DNA from: Candidatus Saccharimonadota bacterium | GTDB taxonomy: Bacteria > Pseudomonadota > Gammaproteobacteria > Enterobacterales > Enterobacteriaceae | Direction: 5' to 3' | DNA length: 32,000 bases | NCBI RefSeq assembly: GCF_014857065.1 | Contig: NZ_CP046533.1 | Coordinates: forward strand, 120,001 to 152,000 | In this document: positions 1 to 10,940 of the stretch, piece by piece | How positions within the stretch are numbered: position 1 is the first letter of the stretch | Layout: every line of letters begins with the position of its first letter | Position numbers and translations under genes: made by a program | Notes under the pieces: model-generated | Told to the model about the DNA's origin: nothing | What the model saw: only the letters and a program-made list of their open reading frames with translations | Database searches by the model: none

Positions 1-369
1 CAATGTTTCTAATTCGAGGTCGATTGAAATACGTATAACACGTGAAGTACTATTAATTACCTGATCAAAGCTAATATTAGCTATACGTTCTAATCTAGAA
101 AATTCTCTAAATCCAAAAAAAAATATTTTTTCTAAACCAATTAATTTACTTTTATATTTCAGAATATCTTGGTAAATTTTATTAATTTCTATACCTGACC
201 AAAATTTAGTTTCAAATTTTTTGATTCTAACATTTAAACATTCAATAATAAATATTCGATGTATTATAATACTCCAAGATATAATTGAAAAACTAGCCAA
301 TAACAATATGATCAATTTTACTATAAAACTGATTTTAATAAAGAAAGTTAGAATATTCCAATCAATCAT
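1..369 (-). CDS. tolQ: TolQ, Tol-Pal system inner-membrane protein (N-terminal 123 codons; gene runs off the left edge)
   Basis: Absent from the ORF track because it is truncated by the window edge. Minus-strand translation from the ATG at 369..367 gives MIDWNILTFFIKISFIVKLIILLLASFSIISWSIIIHRIF...KFWSGIEINKIY...SRVIRISIDLELETL. This is collinear with the E. coli TolQ N-terminus ([22 protein letters not shown]...KFWSGIELSRLY...SRAMRISMNRELENLE). An in-frame TGA lies just upstream (378..376). The position downstream of sucD fits E. coli synteny. Confidence 0.9.
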   Translation of the reverse strand, partial: MIDWNILTFFIKISFIVKLIILLLASFSIISWSIIIHRIFIIECLNVRIKKFETKFWSGIEINKIYQDILKYKSKLIGLEKIFFFGFREFSRLERIANISFDQVINSTSRVIRISIDLELETL

Positions 370-733
370 AAGATGTCATTTATTTCTTGAGTTTGCGCAA
401 TTTTAATCAACTAAATTTCTTAAAATTAGATTTATTTAATTTATAAATTATGTTTTAAATTTAATATGTACTGTGTTTTTTTTAAATAATGATAAATAGA
501 GAAATATGTTCTGTTAATAAACAAATAAAACAACAAGACTCTTTGTTTTAAATATAAATAATAAAATAAATAATCTAAATTATAAAATTATTTGCACAAA
601 ATCTAAAATATAAATTGATTCATCTTAATATTTGATATTTTAAAAGAAAAGACATGAAGCGAATCATATTCAATAAATTAATATCCAAATTATTAATTAA
701 ATAATATTAAGATTCATAATCAACGGAAATTAC

Positions 734-1609
734 TTATTTAAAAGCAAAAAAACTTTTTACAGTTTTACCAATATCAAATAAATTATTTACAATTTTAACA
801 CCTGCTTTTGATAATAAAGATACTTTTTTGTCTGCCATACCTTTATTCCCTGAAATAATAGCACCAGCATGTCCCATGCGTTTACCTTTAGGAGCGTTAA
901 TCCCAGCAATATATCCAACCACTGGTTTATTAATAAATTTTTTAATATAAACTGCAGCTTCTTCTTCAAGTGAACCGCCTATTTCTCCGATCATTAGTAT
1001 TAAAGATGTTTTGGGATCTTGATTAAATAATTTTAAAATATCAACAAAATTTGATCCAAGTATAGGATCACCACCAATCCCCACGCAACTGGATTGTCCA
1101 CATCCAACGTCAGTAATTTGTTTTACTGCTTCATACGTCAAAGTACCAGAACGAGAAACAACACCAACTTGTCCTGGATAATGTATATCACTAGGCATAA
1201 TGCCAACTTTACTCTCACCTGGAGTTATTATACCAGGACAATTAGGACCAATCATACAAATATTATTCTGCTCTAATTTAGCTTTAATAATAACCATATC
1301 TAATATAGGAAGACCCTCGGTAATGCAAACAATTAATTTTATACCAGCATCAATTGCTTCCAAAACAGAATCTTTACAAAATTTTGCAGGCACATAAATA
1401 ACCGATGTAGTAGCTCCAGTATTAATTATAGCTTCATAAACGCTATTAAAAATTGGTAATCCAAGATGTTTTTTGTTACCTTTTCCTGGAGTGACGCCAC
1501 CTACAATTTTAGTTCCATATAACAAAGCTTGTTGAGAATGAAATGTGCCTTTTTTACCAGTAAAACCTTGACAAATCACTTTGGTATTTTTATCAATTAA
1601 AATTGACAT
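734..1609 (-). CDS. sucD: Succinyl-CoA synthetase alpha subunit
   Basis: The 291-aa ORF aligns end to end with E. coli SucD ([18 protein letters not shown]...). The phosphohistidine motif GHAGA is present. The start lies 3 nt after the sucC stop. Confidence 0.97.
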   Translation of the reverse strand: MSILIDKNTKVICQGFTGKKGTFHSQQALLYGTKIVGGVTPGKGNKKHLGLPIFNSVYEAIINTGATTSVIYVPAKFCKDSVLEAIDAGIKLIVCITEGLPILDMVIIKAKLEQNNICMIGPNCPGIITPGESKVGIMPSDIHYPGQVGVVSRSGTLTYEAVKQITDVGCGQSSCVGIGGDPILGSNFVDILKLFNQDPKTSLILMIGEIGGSLEEEAAVYIKKFINKPVVGYIAGINAPKGKRMGHAGAIISGNKGMADKKVSLLSKAGVKIVNNLFDIGKTVKSFFAFK

Positions 1610-1612
1610 TCA

Positions 1613-2776
1613 TTACCTCGCCATAATAACTGCCTGTTGAATTGCAATTGTTAGATCAGTAAAAGTATGTACGTTAATTATATTGCTACTAGTCAAACGA
1701 TCGTACCCAAACTTAGCATTATTTCCTTCTAATCTTATGGCAACAGGTATTGTAATTTTATTATCTATAAGAGCTGCAACAATGCCAGAAGCTACTAAGT
1801 CGCAACATACAATACCACCAAAAATATTAATCAAAATCGCTTTCACTTTTGGATCAGATACAACAATCCTAAAAGCTTCTGTTATGCGCTCTTTGTTAAT
1901 ATTACCACCGATATCCAAAAAATTCGCTGCTTCGCCACCATAAAGTTTAATCATATCTATGGTGCTCATTGCAAGACCAGCTCCATTAACCATACAACCA
2001 ATATTACCTTTTAAAGATACATAACTTAAACCTAGTCTTTTAGCATATACTTCTCTTTTATTTTCTTGAGTAACATCATACATTTCTAATAATTTTGAAT
2101 GTCTAAATAATGCATTATTATCAATATCAACCTTAAAATCTAAACAAATAAAATTATCATCATGAGTAATTGCTAATGGATTTATTTCTGCTAATGTTAA
2201 GTCATTATCAAAAAATAATGATTCCATACCTACAAAAATCTTATTAAATTCCTTAATTTGTTTATCATTTAACCCCAATTTAAATCCTAATAAACGTCTT
2301 TGGTAATCTTGACTCTTAATAAATGGATCTAACGAAACTTTATACAATGAATGTGGTGCAGATTTCGAAATTTGCTCTATATCACTTCCGCCCAAAGTAG
2401 AAGTGATACAAAGTACACGCGAAATACCTTGATCTATAACTAAACTAAAATAAAGCTCTTTTTTAACATCCACATAATCTTCTATAAAAATTTTGCCAAC
2501 TGGTTGCCCTTTAATATCTGTTTGATGAGTAATTAATCTATTACCGAACCAATATTCAGCGAAACTTAGTGCTTCTTTTTTAGATTTTACAACCTTTATT
2601 CCTCCAGCTTTTCCTCTACCACCTGCATGTACCTGACATTTAAGAACCCATATACCTAAATTATTTTTTGAAAAAAACATTTCTACTTCACGTAAAGTTT
2701 CACACACTACTCCTTTTAAAGTTGGTAATCCATATTTAGCTAACAGTTGCTTAGCTTGATATTCATGTAGATTCAT
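1613..2776 (-). CDS. sucC: Succinyl-CoA synthetase beta subunit
   Basis: The 387-aa ORF begins MNLHEYQAKQLLAKYGLP as in E. coli SucC and contains the conserved CQVHAGGRGKAGGIKV and NIFGGIV motifs. Confidence 0.97.
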   Translation of the reverse strand: MNLHEYQAKQLLAKYGLPTLKGVVCETLREVEMFFSKNNLGIWVLKCQVHAGGRGKAGGIKVVKSKKEALSFAEYWFGNRLITHQTDIKGQPVGKIFIEDYVDVKKELYFSLVIDQGISRVLCITSTLGGSDIEQISKSAPHSLYKVSLDPFIKSQDYQRRLLGFKLGLNDKQIKEFNKIFVGMESLFFDNDLTLAEINPLAITHDDNFICLDFKVDIDNNALFRHSKLLEMYDVTQENKREVYAKRLGLSYVSLKGNIGCMVNGAGLAMSTIDMIKLYGGEAANFLDIGGNINKERITEAFRIVVSDPKVKAILINIFGGIVCCDLVASGIVAALIDNKITIPVAIRLEGNNAKFGYDRLTSSNIINVHTFTDLTIAIQQAVIMAR

Positions 2777-2874
2777 AATTTTATTTTATCTAACTAAATA
2801 ATTTTTTAAATATAACTACAATTTTATTCTTATAAATTCTTTGTAATATAACAATGAACTAAACAAAACAAAAG

Positions 2875-4041
2875 CTATATCCCTAACCAAAGGCGAAGAG
2901 GCTCTTCTAACATACTTTTTACTGTATTTAAAAAACCAATTGAATTCCTGCCATCAATCAAACGATGATCATAAGACAAAGCTAAATACATCATAGGTAA
3001 AATCACTATTTGTTGATCTACCACCATAGGACGATCTTTAATAACATGCATGCCTAAAATTGCGCTTTGAGGAGGATTTATGATAGGAGTGGACATCAAC
3101 GACCCAAATATACCTCCATTACTAATAGTAAAATTGCCTCCATCTAATTCTTCAGCTAATAATTTCCCATCCCGACTTCTCATAGCTATCAGTTTTATAT
3201 TTTTTTCGATATCAATCATACTCATAGTATCTACATTTCTTAATACTGGTGTCACTAAACCTCGATCTGTAGACACAGCAATACTAATATCAAAATAGTT
3301 GTAATATACTATTTCTTCTCCATCAATAGACGCATTAATTTCAGGAAATTTTTTCAGTGATTCAAAAACAGCTTTTACATAAAAAGACATAAAACCAAGT
3401 TTTACACCATGACGTTGTTCAAAAGATGCGGCATATTTTTTACGCAGTTCTATTATTGGCTTCATGTTTACTTCATTAAAAGTAGTTAACATCGCCGTGT
3501 TTTGTTTTACTTCTACAAGACGTTCAGCTATTCTTTTGCGCAAACGAGTCATAGGTATACGAGTCTCATTACGATCTTTAGTCAAAGCAGACAAAATCTC
3601 AGTTTGATCTAAAAATTTGTCTTGATGAACGCATTGCTCATCAATCATTTTATTTTGATTTAATGAAACATTAGGATCTTTGTTTTCTTGTATGAAATTA
3701 CTATTTTTAACACCAGATGTTTCGTTATTATCTTCTTGTGATTGAATTACCTGCTTTTGAACATCAGTAATCAAATTATCTTTATTATTTTCATCATAAT
3801 TAACATAAATAAGACGGCCTAATATTTGTTTTGAAACAACAACAGCTCCCTCTTTTTCAATTATCTCTTCCAAAATACCTGATTTTTGCGCTGGTATTTC
3901 CAACATTAGTTTATCAGTTTCAATTTCAACTAATATATCATTACGTTGAATAGTATCACCTATTTTTTTATGCCATACTGCCACTGTTGCATCCATAACA
4001 GATTCAGGTAAATCTGGAACTAAAATGTTTATGCTGTTCAT
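2875..4041 (-). CDS. sucB: Dihydrolipoyllysine succinyltransferase (E2o) of 2-oxoglutarate dehydrogenase
   Basis: The 388-aa ORF has a lipoyl domain ([21 protein letters not shown]...VEIETDK) and a catalytic domain ([15 protein letters not shown]...[10 protein letters not shown]), both near-identical in pattern to E. coli SucB. The linker/E3-binding region is divergent (see findings). Confidence 0.96.
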   Translation of the reverse strand: MNSINILVPDLPESVMDATVAVWHKKIGDTIQRNDILVEIETDKLMLEIPAQKSGILEEIIEKEGAVVVSKQILGRLIYVNYDENNKDNLITDVQKQVIQSQEDNNETSGVKNSNFIQENKDPNVSLNQNKMIDEQCVHQDKFLDQTEILSALTKDRNETRIPMTRLRKRIAERLVEVKQNTAMLTTFNEVNMKPIIELRKKYAASFEQRHGVKLGFMSFYVKAVFESLKKFPEINASIDGEEIVYYNYFDISIAVSTDRGLVTPVLRNVDTMSMIDIEKNIKLIAMRSRDGKLLAEELDGGNFTISNGGIFGSLMSTPIINPPQSAILGMHVIKDRPMVVDQQIVILPMMYLALSYDHRLIDGRNSIGFLNTVKSMLEEPLRLWLGI

Positions 4042-4059
4042 CTTATAACCCTTATATGA

Positions 4060-6888
4060 TTAATCAATACTTAAAGCATTATCGATGATTTTTTTCTGTT
4101 GTTTTTGATGTACAGACAAACTTCCTACTGCTGGTGCAGCAGAAGCTTCGCGACCAACATAACTTAAGGAAATATTTTTAGGAACAATCATGCGTAAGAA
4201 ACGCTGACAATAATACCACGCCCCCTGATTTTCTGGTTCTTCCTGGCACCAAATAATTTTTTTTATATAATTAGAATAAGAAAGCAGAAGATTTTTTAAT
4301 TCTTCAAAAGGGAACGGATAAAGTTGCTCAATCCTCAATATAGCCACATTACATTGTCTATTTTTACAACGTTGGTCTAACAAATCATAATAAATCTTAC
4401 CTGTACATATTATAACACAAATTACAAAGCAAATATTAATATTTTTATCTAATTCTTCAATCACTGTTTTAAAGGTACCATAAGCTAATTCTTTTATTGG
4501 AGTAAAAGATGCAGAACGACGTAACAAAGATTTTGGTGACATAACAATCAATGGCTTTTGCACATTACAAATTGCTTGACGTCGTAACATATGATAAAAT
4601 TGACCAGCTGTAGATGGAATGCAAATTTGCAAATTGTTTTCAGCACACAATTGAAGATAGCGTTCAAGACGTGCAGAAGAATGTTCTGGGCCTTGCCCTT
4701 CATAGCCATGAGGTAACAACATAACTAAACCACTTAACCTTCCCCATTTTTGTTCCCCAGAACTGATAAATTGATCAATTACAATTTGCGCACCATTAGA
4801 AAAATCTCCAAATTGAGCTTCCCAAATTACCAAAGTATATTTAGACTTATTGGCATAACCATATTCAAATGCTAAAGTCGCTTCTTCAGATAAAACTGAA
4901 TCCCAAACATAGTAAACACCTTGATGGTTGCCAATATGTTGTAAAGGAATATAAAATTCACCGTTTTTCTGATCATGTATTACAGCATGACGATGAAAAA
5001 AAGTTCCTCGCGCAGTATCTTCTCCAGACAAACGAACAGATATCCCTTGGTCCAAAATAGTTGCATAAGCTAACATTTCTGCACCTCCCCAATCAAAAAA
5101 TTTTATTCCTTGAGACATACTAATCCTGTCAGAATATATTTTAGATACTCGAGGATGCATAACTATTTTATCAGGTACATCATTGATAAGATAAGATAAT
5201 TTCTGTAAATAATCTATATCTATTTTATTAGGATAAGAGACGCAAGAAGATCTATCGGATATGCACTCAGATGTAGCAGATTCTACATTTACATTTTTAC
5301 ATTCTTGCAACACACAATCCCCTTGATCTAATTTTTTTTTAAATTCATTAATCATGTTTGTGATGTCATTTACTTCAATTACCTCATCTTGCTTTAATTT
5401 ATTGGAATAAATTTGACTAATACTAGAATGTTGATGTATCTTCTGATACATTAAAGGTTGAGTAACAGAAGGGTCATCAGCTTCATTATGGCCGTGTCTA
5501 CGATAACATACCAAGTCTATTACCACGTCTTGTTTAAAAGCATTACGGAATTTTAAAGCAACAATGATTACCTGCATAACTGCTTCAGGATCATCGGCAT
5601 TAACATGGAAAATTGGTATATGTAACATCTTCGCAATATCCGTACAATATTCTGTAGAACGAATATCTTTAAGATTTGAGGTGGTAAAACCTATTTGATT
5701 GTTGATAATAATATGTATGCTACCACCAACACAATAAGCTCTAACTTTTGACATATTAAATGTTTCTTGAACTATACCTTGTCCACTTATTGATGCATCA
5801 CCATGCAAAAGAACCGGTAATATCATATTTTCATTTTTAATTTTTTCATCAAGTCGCGCACGAACTGCACCCATTACAATGGGATTAATAATTTCAAGAT
5901 GAGAAGGATTAAACATCAAAGATAAATTAATTAAATTACCTTCTACTTCTAACTCTGAAGAAAAACCCTTATGATATTTAACATCCCCGCTACCAAAGTC
6001 TTTATAAGAATCATTATCAAGAAATTCATCAAATAATTTTTTGGGATTTTTGCCAAAAATATTAACTAATACATTTAAACGACCGCGATGCGCCATACCC
6101 ATCAATATCTCTTTTACACCATGAATAGAAGCCTGTCGTATCATTTCTTTCAACATTGGAATTAAAACATCGCAGCCTTCCAAAGAAAATCTTTTGGCTG
6201 CTGGAAATTTAATTCCTAAATAGCACTCAATCCCTTCTGCCGCTACTAGTTCAGCAAGTAATCTTTTTTTTTCTATATTATCAAAACTTAAATCCTTATT
6301 TAAATTTTCTATGTAATGCTGAATCCAATAAATATGATCAGTATCAGAAACATGCATATATTCCACACCTATGGAACCACAATATGTTTGTTTCAAAAAA
6401 TTATATAAATCCAATAATGAGATATTTTTGAACGGCACATTAAAAAGGTCGACATCAAAAACTTTTTGAAAATCAGAATCAAAAAAACCATAATTTTGCA
6501 AGCATAAATCGTTTGAAGATTTTTGCCTCCACAAGTTCAATGGATCTAAATTAGCAAACTTATGACCATATGAGCGAAAATCATTTACTAATTTAAACAA
6601 TTTTATATATTCATGATTTAATTTAAAATCAGCATTGACAGCCAAATTGCCGACAAAATCATTAGACATATTTCCCACTGTACCACTATCCAATTCTAAA
6701 TTAGATTTTACGAACCCTAATTTATTTTTAATATCCTCAGTAGCAAAATGTCTAAATCTCAATTTCCAATCTTCCCCCACAGAATCAGGATTCTTCAAAT
6801 ACAAGTCATACAATTGTTCTATATACGATCTATTAGAACCTGTTAAATAAGAAGAACTTAACCAATTTTTTATCACATTTTTTTGCAT
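4060..6888 (-). CDS. sucA: 2-oxoglutarate dehydrogenase E1 component
   Basis: The ORF is open from 6906, but homology to E. coli SucA (MQNSALKAWLDSSYLSGANQSWIEQLY) starts at the internal ATG at 6888 (MQKNVIKNWLSSSYLTGSNRSYIEQLY). Similarity then runs full length, including YRRHGHNEADDPS and LLPHGYEGQGPEHSSARLERYLQLCAE. Confidence 0.95.
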   Translation of the reverse strand: MQKNVIKNWLSSSYLTGSNRSYIEQLYDLYLKNPDSVGEDWKLRFRHFATEDIKNKLGFVKSNLELDSGTVGNMSNDFVGNLAVNADFKLNHEYIKLFKLVNDFRSYGHKFANLDPLNLWRQKSSNDLCLQNYGFFDSDFQKVFDVDLFNVPFKNISLLDLYNFLKQTYCGSIGVEYMHVSDTDHIYWIQHYIENLNKDLSFDNIEKKRLLAELVAAEGIECYLGIKFPAAKRFSLEGCDVLIPMLKEMIRQASIHGVKEILMGMAHRGRLNVLVNIFGKNPKKLFDEFLDNDSYKDFGSGDVKYHKGFSSELEVEGNLINLSLMFNPSHLEIINPIVMGAVRARLDEKIKNENMILPVLLHGDASISGQGIVQETFNMSKVRAYCVGGSIHIIINNQIGFTTSNLKDIRSTEYCTDIAKMLHIPIFHVNADDPEAVMQVIIVALKFRNAFKQDVVIDLVCYRRHGHNEADDPSVTQPLMYQKIHQHSSISQIYSNKLKQDEVIEVNDITNMINEFKKKLDQGDCVLQECKNVNVESATSECISDRSSCVSYPNKIDIDYLQKLSYLINDVPDKIVMHPRVSKIYSDRISMSQGIKFFDWGGAEMLAYATILDQGISVRLSGEDTARGTFFHRHAVIHDQKNGEFYIPLQHIGNHQGVYYVWDSVLSEEATLAFEYGYANKSKYTLVIWEAQFGDFSNGAQIVIDQFISSGEQKWGRLSGLVMLLPHGYEGQGPEHSSARLERYLQLCAENNLQICIPSTAGQFYHMLRRQAICNVQKPLIVMSPKSLLRRSASFTPIKELAYGTFKTVIEELDKNINICFVICVIICTGKIYYDLLDQRCKNRQCNVAILRIEQLYPFPFEELKNLLLSYSNYIKKIIWCQEEPENQGAWYYCQRFLRMIVPKNISLSYVGREASAAPAVGSLSVHQKQQKKIIDNALSID

Positions 6889-7064
6889 TGAAAACCTTAA
6901 CTTCAATGAAGTAAACTTCTATATTTTAAAATAATTTATGTTTCCAAAATACACACCGAAATCTTGAGTATTTTGCTATCGTTGCTTTTCGTCACTATTT
7001 AAAAGAACAGTATAACGCAAAATACAAAATAATTAAGGAAAAGTAAATAATCATTCATAAAATT

Positions 7065-7784
7065 TTAAATGATAGAACTTTTCAGCAACATACGCTTTAT
7101 ATGATTAATAGCCTCAGTTGGATTTAGTTTTTTAGGACATACACTAACACAATTCATTATATTATGACAACGAAATACACTAAAAGAATCATTTAAATCA
7201 TTTAATCTTGCTTTTTGAGCAGTATCACGACTATCTACCAAAAAACGATAAGAAATTAATAATCCAGCTGGACCAATAAATTTAGTAGGATGCCACCAAA
7301 AAGACGGACAAGCAGTGGAACAACATGCACATAGTATACATTCATATAATCCATCGAGTTTAGCTCTATCATCAGGAGATTGCAAATATTCATGTTTTGG
7401 TTGATGAAAACTATCATTTATCAAAAACGGTTTAACTTTTTTGTACTGAATATAAAATTGTGACATATCCACCACAAGATCTTTAATGATTGGAAGACCA
7501 GGTAGAGGTCTAATGACAACCTCATTGCTGTTTTTACATAGTATCGAGACCGGAGTAATGCAAGCTAATCCATTTTTGCCATTTATATTCATAGCGTCAG
7601 AACCACATACTCCTTCTCTGCAAGAACGACGAAAAGTTAAAGTAGGATCGTATTCTTTTAATTGAATTAATGCATCTAATAAAGTTAAACTAGATCTATG
7701 TGATATATTTAGGGAATATTTTTGCATATAAGGAGCCCTGTTGCTATCTGGCTCGTAACGATAAATAGAAAATAATACATTCAT
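7065..7784 (-). CDS. sdhB: Succinate dehydrogenase iron-sulfur subunit
   Basis: The 239-aa ORF carries all three Fe-S cysteine clusters (CREGVCGSD, CILCACCSTACPSFWW, CHNIMNCVSVCPK) and is collinear with E. coli SdhB. Confidence 0.97.
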   Translation of the reverse strand: MNVLFSIYRYEPDSNRAPYMQKYSLNISHRSSLTLLDALIQLKEYDPTLTFRRSCREGVCGSDAMNINGKNGLACITPVSILCKNSNEVVIRPLPGLPIIKDLVVDMSQFYIQYKKVKPFLINDSFHQPKHEYLQSPDDRAKLDGLYECILCACCSTACPSFWWHPTKFIGPAGLLISYRFLVDSRDTAQKARLNDLNDSFSVFRCHNIMNCVSVCPKKLNPTEAINHIKRMLLKSSII

Positions 7785-7816
7785 ATTTTAAAACTTACCA
7801 TAATTCATTAAATCAA

Positions 7817-9589
7817 TTAATAAACACGTGTTTTAGGCTGAAATTTTTTACATGATTTCACTTCATTGTTTATATCCCTACGTATCATGCTATCACTTTT
7901 AGGTATATATAATGTATGACAAAGCCAGTGCTTATCATCCCTTTTAGGAAAATCTTGACGACTATGTGCTCCTCGACTTTCTTTCCTAAAATTAGCGGAT
8001 AATGCTGTAGTATATGCTGTTTCTATCATATTATCCAATTCCAAACATTCAATTCGTTGTGTATTAAATATTTTGGAACTATCTCTTAAGCTGGCATATA
8101 AAACTTGTTCACGAATTTCTCTAATTTTTTTTAGTCCTGTAACCATCATCTTCTCCTCTCTAAATACCGAAAAATTATTCTGCATACAAGATTGTAGTGA
8201 TTTGCGAATTTCAACAGGACTTTCACCAGAACGATTCTTATTCCAACGAAAATATCTACTTAAAGCAACTTCAAGATCGTAACTACTAGTTTTACGCTCT
8301 AAACATTGATCTTCCTTTATTAATTTTTGCAAATGCATGCCTACAGATTTACCAAATACTATAAGATCTAGTAAAGAATTACCCCCTAATCTATTAGCTC
8401 CATGAACTGATACACACGCATTTTCACCTATTGCAAATAAACCTGGAACAATAACCTCCTCTCCTTGAGAACTTATGCTGATTACTTCCCCATTAATTGT
8501 GGTTGGAATACCTCCCATCATATAATGACAAGTAGGAACTACCGGAATTGCATTTTTAACCGGATCTACATGCGCAAAAGAACGAACTAGTTCTAAAATA
8601 CCTGGCAATTTTAAATTTAATGTTTCCTTACCTAAATGATCTAGCTTCAATTTAACATGAGGGCCATAAATTTCATCATCAAATCCTCTTCCTTTCAAAA
8701 TTTCGGTCGTAATAGAACGAGCAATTATATCTCTACTAGCTAAGTCTTTAACATTAGGAGCATAGCGCTCCATAAATCTTTCACCATATTTATTTAACAG
8801 ATAACCACCTTCACCACGACATCCTTCAGTAACTAAAATGCCAACTCCAGCAATTCCTGTAGGATGGAATTGCCACATTTCCATATCTTGTACTGGTATA
8901 TTTGCTCGTAAGGCCATACCTATTCCATCTCCAGTATTAATATAAGCATTGGTAGTTGATTTATATATTCTACCAGCCCCGCCAGCCGCAAGAATGGTAA
9001 ATTGTGCTTTAAAATAAATTAATTCTCCACTAGCTATACATAGCGCAACGCAGCCAACTATCCTACCATCTTGATTTTTTACTAAATCAATAGCATACCA
9101 TTCAGAAAAAATAGCAGTATTACTCTTTAAATTTTGTTGATATAAAGTATGTAATAAAGCATGTCCTGTACGATCTGCTGCTGCTGCCGTACGTGAAGCT
9201 TGTTCTGCACCATAATTAATAGATTGACCACCAAACGGTCGTTGGTAAATACGACCGTTATTTAAACGAGAAAAAGGCATTCCCATATGTTCTAGTTCTA
9301 ATATTGCCTTCGGACCATTCTTACACATATACTCAATAGCTTTTTGATCACCTATGTAATCAGACCCTTTCACTGTATCATACATATGCCATCGCCAATG
9401 ATCTTCATGACAATTTCCTAAAGCAACTGTAATCCCACCTTGAGCAGATACTGTATGAGAACGTGTTGGAAAAACCTTAGATATTAATGCGCAAGAATAA
9501 CCTGCTTGAGAAATCTGTAATGCCGCACGCATTCCTGCTCCTCCCGCTCCAATAATAATAGAAGAGAATTCTTTTATTGGCAAATTCAT
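7817..9589 (-). CDS. sdhA: Succinate dehydrogenase flavoprotein subunit
   Basis: Homology to E. coli SdhA ([25 protein letters not shown]) begins at the ATG at 9589 ([25 protein letters not shown]). That start directly abuts the sdhD stop at 9592..9594. The track's upstream ATG at 9604 would overlap sdhD by 13 nt. The covalent-FAD motif [10 protein letters not shown] is present. Confidence 0.96.
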   Translation of the reverse strand: MNLPIKEFSSIIIGAGGAGMRAALQISQAGYSCALISKVFPTRSHTVSAQGGITVALGNCHEDHWRWHMYDTVKGSDYIGDQKAIEYMCKNGPKAILELEHMGMPFSRLNNGRIYQRPFGGQSINYGAEQASRTAAAADRTGHALLHTLYQQNLKSNTAIFSEWYAIDLVKNQDGRIVGCVALCIASGELIYFKAQFTILAAGGAGRIYKSTTNAYINTGDGIGMALRANIPVQDMEMWQFHPTGIAGVGILVTEGCRGEGGYLLNKYGERFMERYAPNVKDLASRDIIARSITTEILKGRGFDDEIYGPHVKLKLDHLGKETLNLKLPGILELVRSFAHVDPVKNAIPVVPTCHYMMGGIPTTINGEVISISSQGEEVIVPGLFAIGENACVSVHGANRLGGNSLLDLIVFGKSVGMHLQKLIKEDQCLERKTSSYDLEVALSRYFRWNKNRSGESPVEIRKSLQSCMQNNFSVFREEKMMVTGLKKIREIREQVLYASLRDSSKIFNTQRIECLELDNMIETAYTTALSANFRKESRGAHSRQDFPKRDDKHWLCHTLYIPKSDSMIRRDINNEVKSCKKFQPKTRVY

Positions 9590-9591
9590 TT

Positions 9592-9936
9592 CTAAATACC
9601 CCATACTATTTTCATGCCATAAAGCAAATAATCAATCAAAATTAAGATGATCACCGCTTGCATGATTCTCTTTAAAACCAATAATTTTATATAGTCTGTC
9701 AATACATGACTTATCCCAAGCCAACTATGTATCAGAACAGAAAATAATGCTAACGTACTAAAAAATTTAGTTACTTTTTTGTGAAAAAAAACATACCACG
9801 TCTCATATGTTATGACGTCAATAAAAAAGACAAAAGTCAACAAATAGATAGCGTATAATAAAACAATCATCCCAGTAAAACGCACTATCAACCATTCACA
9901 AACTCCGTTCAATTTGAAAAAAACGTCATTCACCAA
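9592..9936 (-). CDS. sdhD: Succinate dehydrogenase membrane anchor subunit
   Basis: Matches E. coli SdhD from [22 protein letters not shown] (E. coli [22 protein letters not shown]) through LTDYIK...VWGI. The chosen start is the TTG at 9936..9934. It occupies the position of the E. coli ATG that overlaps the sdhC stop and gives 114 aa versus 115 in E. coli. The only upstream ATG (9981) would give a 52-nt overlap with sdhC and a 15-aa extension without homology. Confidence 0.85.
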   Translation of the reverse strand: MVNDVFFKLNGVCEWLIVRFTGMIVLLYAIYLLTFVFFIDVITYETWYVFFHKKVTKFFSTLALFSVLIHSWLGISHVLTDYIKLLVLKRIMQAVIILILIDYLLYGMKIVWGI

Positions 9937-10319
9937 ATAACCACTCCAATTACAATTGATAATATAATAGTTAACAGACATACAATACTTGCAGTTATTT
10001 TACCGACCAACATGCTTTGCTTTAAATAATTAAAATCCATCAATACATGACGCATACCACTAATACTATGATAAGTAAAAAATGTTAGAATACCCCAAAT
10101 CATTACCTTAAAAGTATTTTTTTGCATCATAAAAATGATGTAATTAAAGCCTTCTGGAGAAGTAGTAGACAACTTGAGCATCCATAATAATATACTAGTT
10201 CCTGCAAATATAATTACACCTGAAATTCTATGAAGAATTGATACTATTGCACTCAAAGGAAAATGCATTGTTCTCAAATTTAAATTAATAGGTCTCTGTC
10301 TTTTCGTTGATCTATTCAT
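9930..10319 (-). CDS. sdhC: Succinate dehydrogenase cytochrome b556 subunit
   Basis: The ORF is 129 aa, the same length as E. coli SdhC. Conserved stretches are KRQRPINLNL..FPLSAIVSILHRISGVI and SPEGF. Confidence 0.93.
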   Translation of the reverse strand: MNRSTKRQRPINLNLRTMHFPLSAIVSILHRISGVIIFAGTSILLWMLKLSTTSPEGFNYIIFMMQKNTFKVMIWGILTFFTYHSISGMRHVLMDFNYLKQSMLVGKITASIVCLLTIILSIVIGVVIW

Positions 10320-10940
10320 TTTTAAGTTAAGGATAGCAAATCAATCGATAACAGATACGATTAGCAAAATTATTAGATGCTAACATATCTAAAATATTTA
10401 TGATACATAAAATCAGAACGTTGTAAATATTTGTTAGCTCAACAAATAATTTTAATTACCGGAAATAACTAACAAAACCGAACAAACAACAATAAGATAG
10501 AATCTTTCCTCACTAAAGTTCAATGAATTACATTTATGATAGAGATTATTTGCAACTCTTAATTTTACAAAAATAACATACTTTAATCACTTTCACAAAA
10601 GTATTCAGAATTTTAAAGATTTTAAAAAATTTTTAAAATATATTTTATGAATTTTCTATCCATATAAAATTTCACTATAGACAACCATTAAGCAATTTAT
10701 ACGATTTATAACATGATTGGAATTTATTACAATCATTTTTAAATAACAAAATCCCCACCCATAGAAACTATAATATCTATTTAGGCTATAGATATTCAAT
10801 AAAAGATTTCCTTGAATGCACATCAATTAATACTTTAGTAAGATTATAACCTAAAATATAAATTTATTGAGTGGGTAATGACTCATGATAATCTTTACTG
10901 TCTTTACTAGTTAATTGCAATAATTTATACTACTTCTAAA

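Noticed and set aside
221-406. 61-aa plus-strand ORF from the track.
   Set aside because: It lies antisense to the well-supported tolQ N-terminus and is low-complexity and I/L/K/F-rich. It is a typical AT-rich shadow ORF.
787-8282. Track ORFs at 787..969, 1094..1276, 1200..1397, 1683..1943, 3080..3298, 4869..5060, 6635..6850 and 8073..8282.
   Set aside because: Each is fully embedded, out of frame or antisense, in a strongly homologous suc or sdh gene. They have no recognisable motifs and are shadow ORFs.
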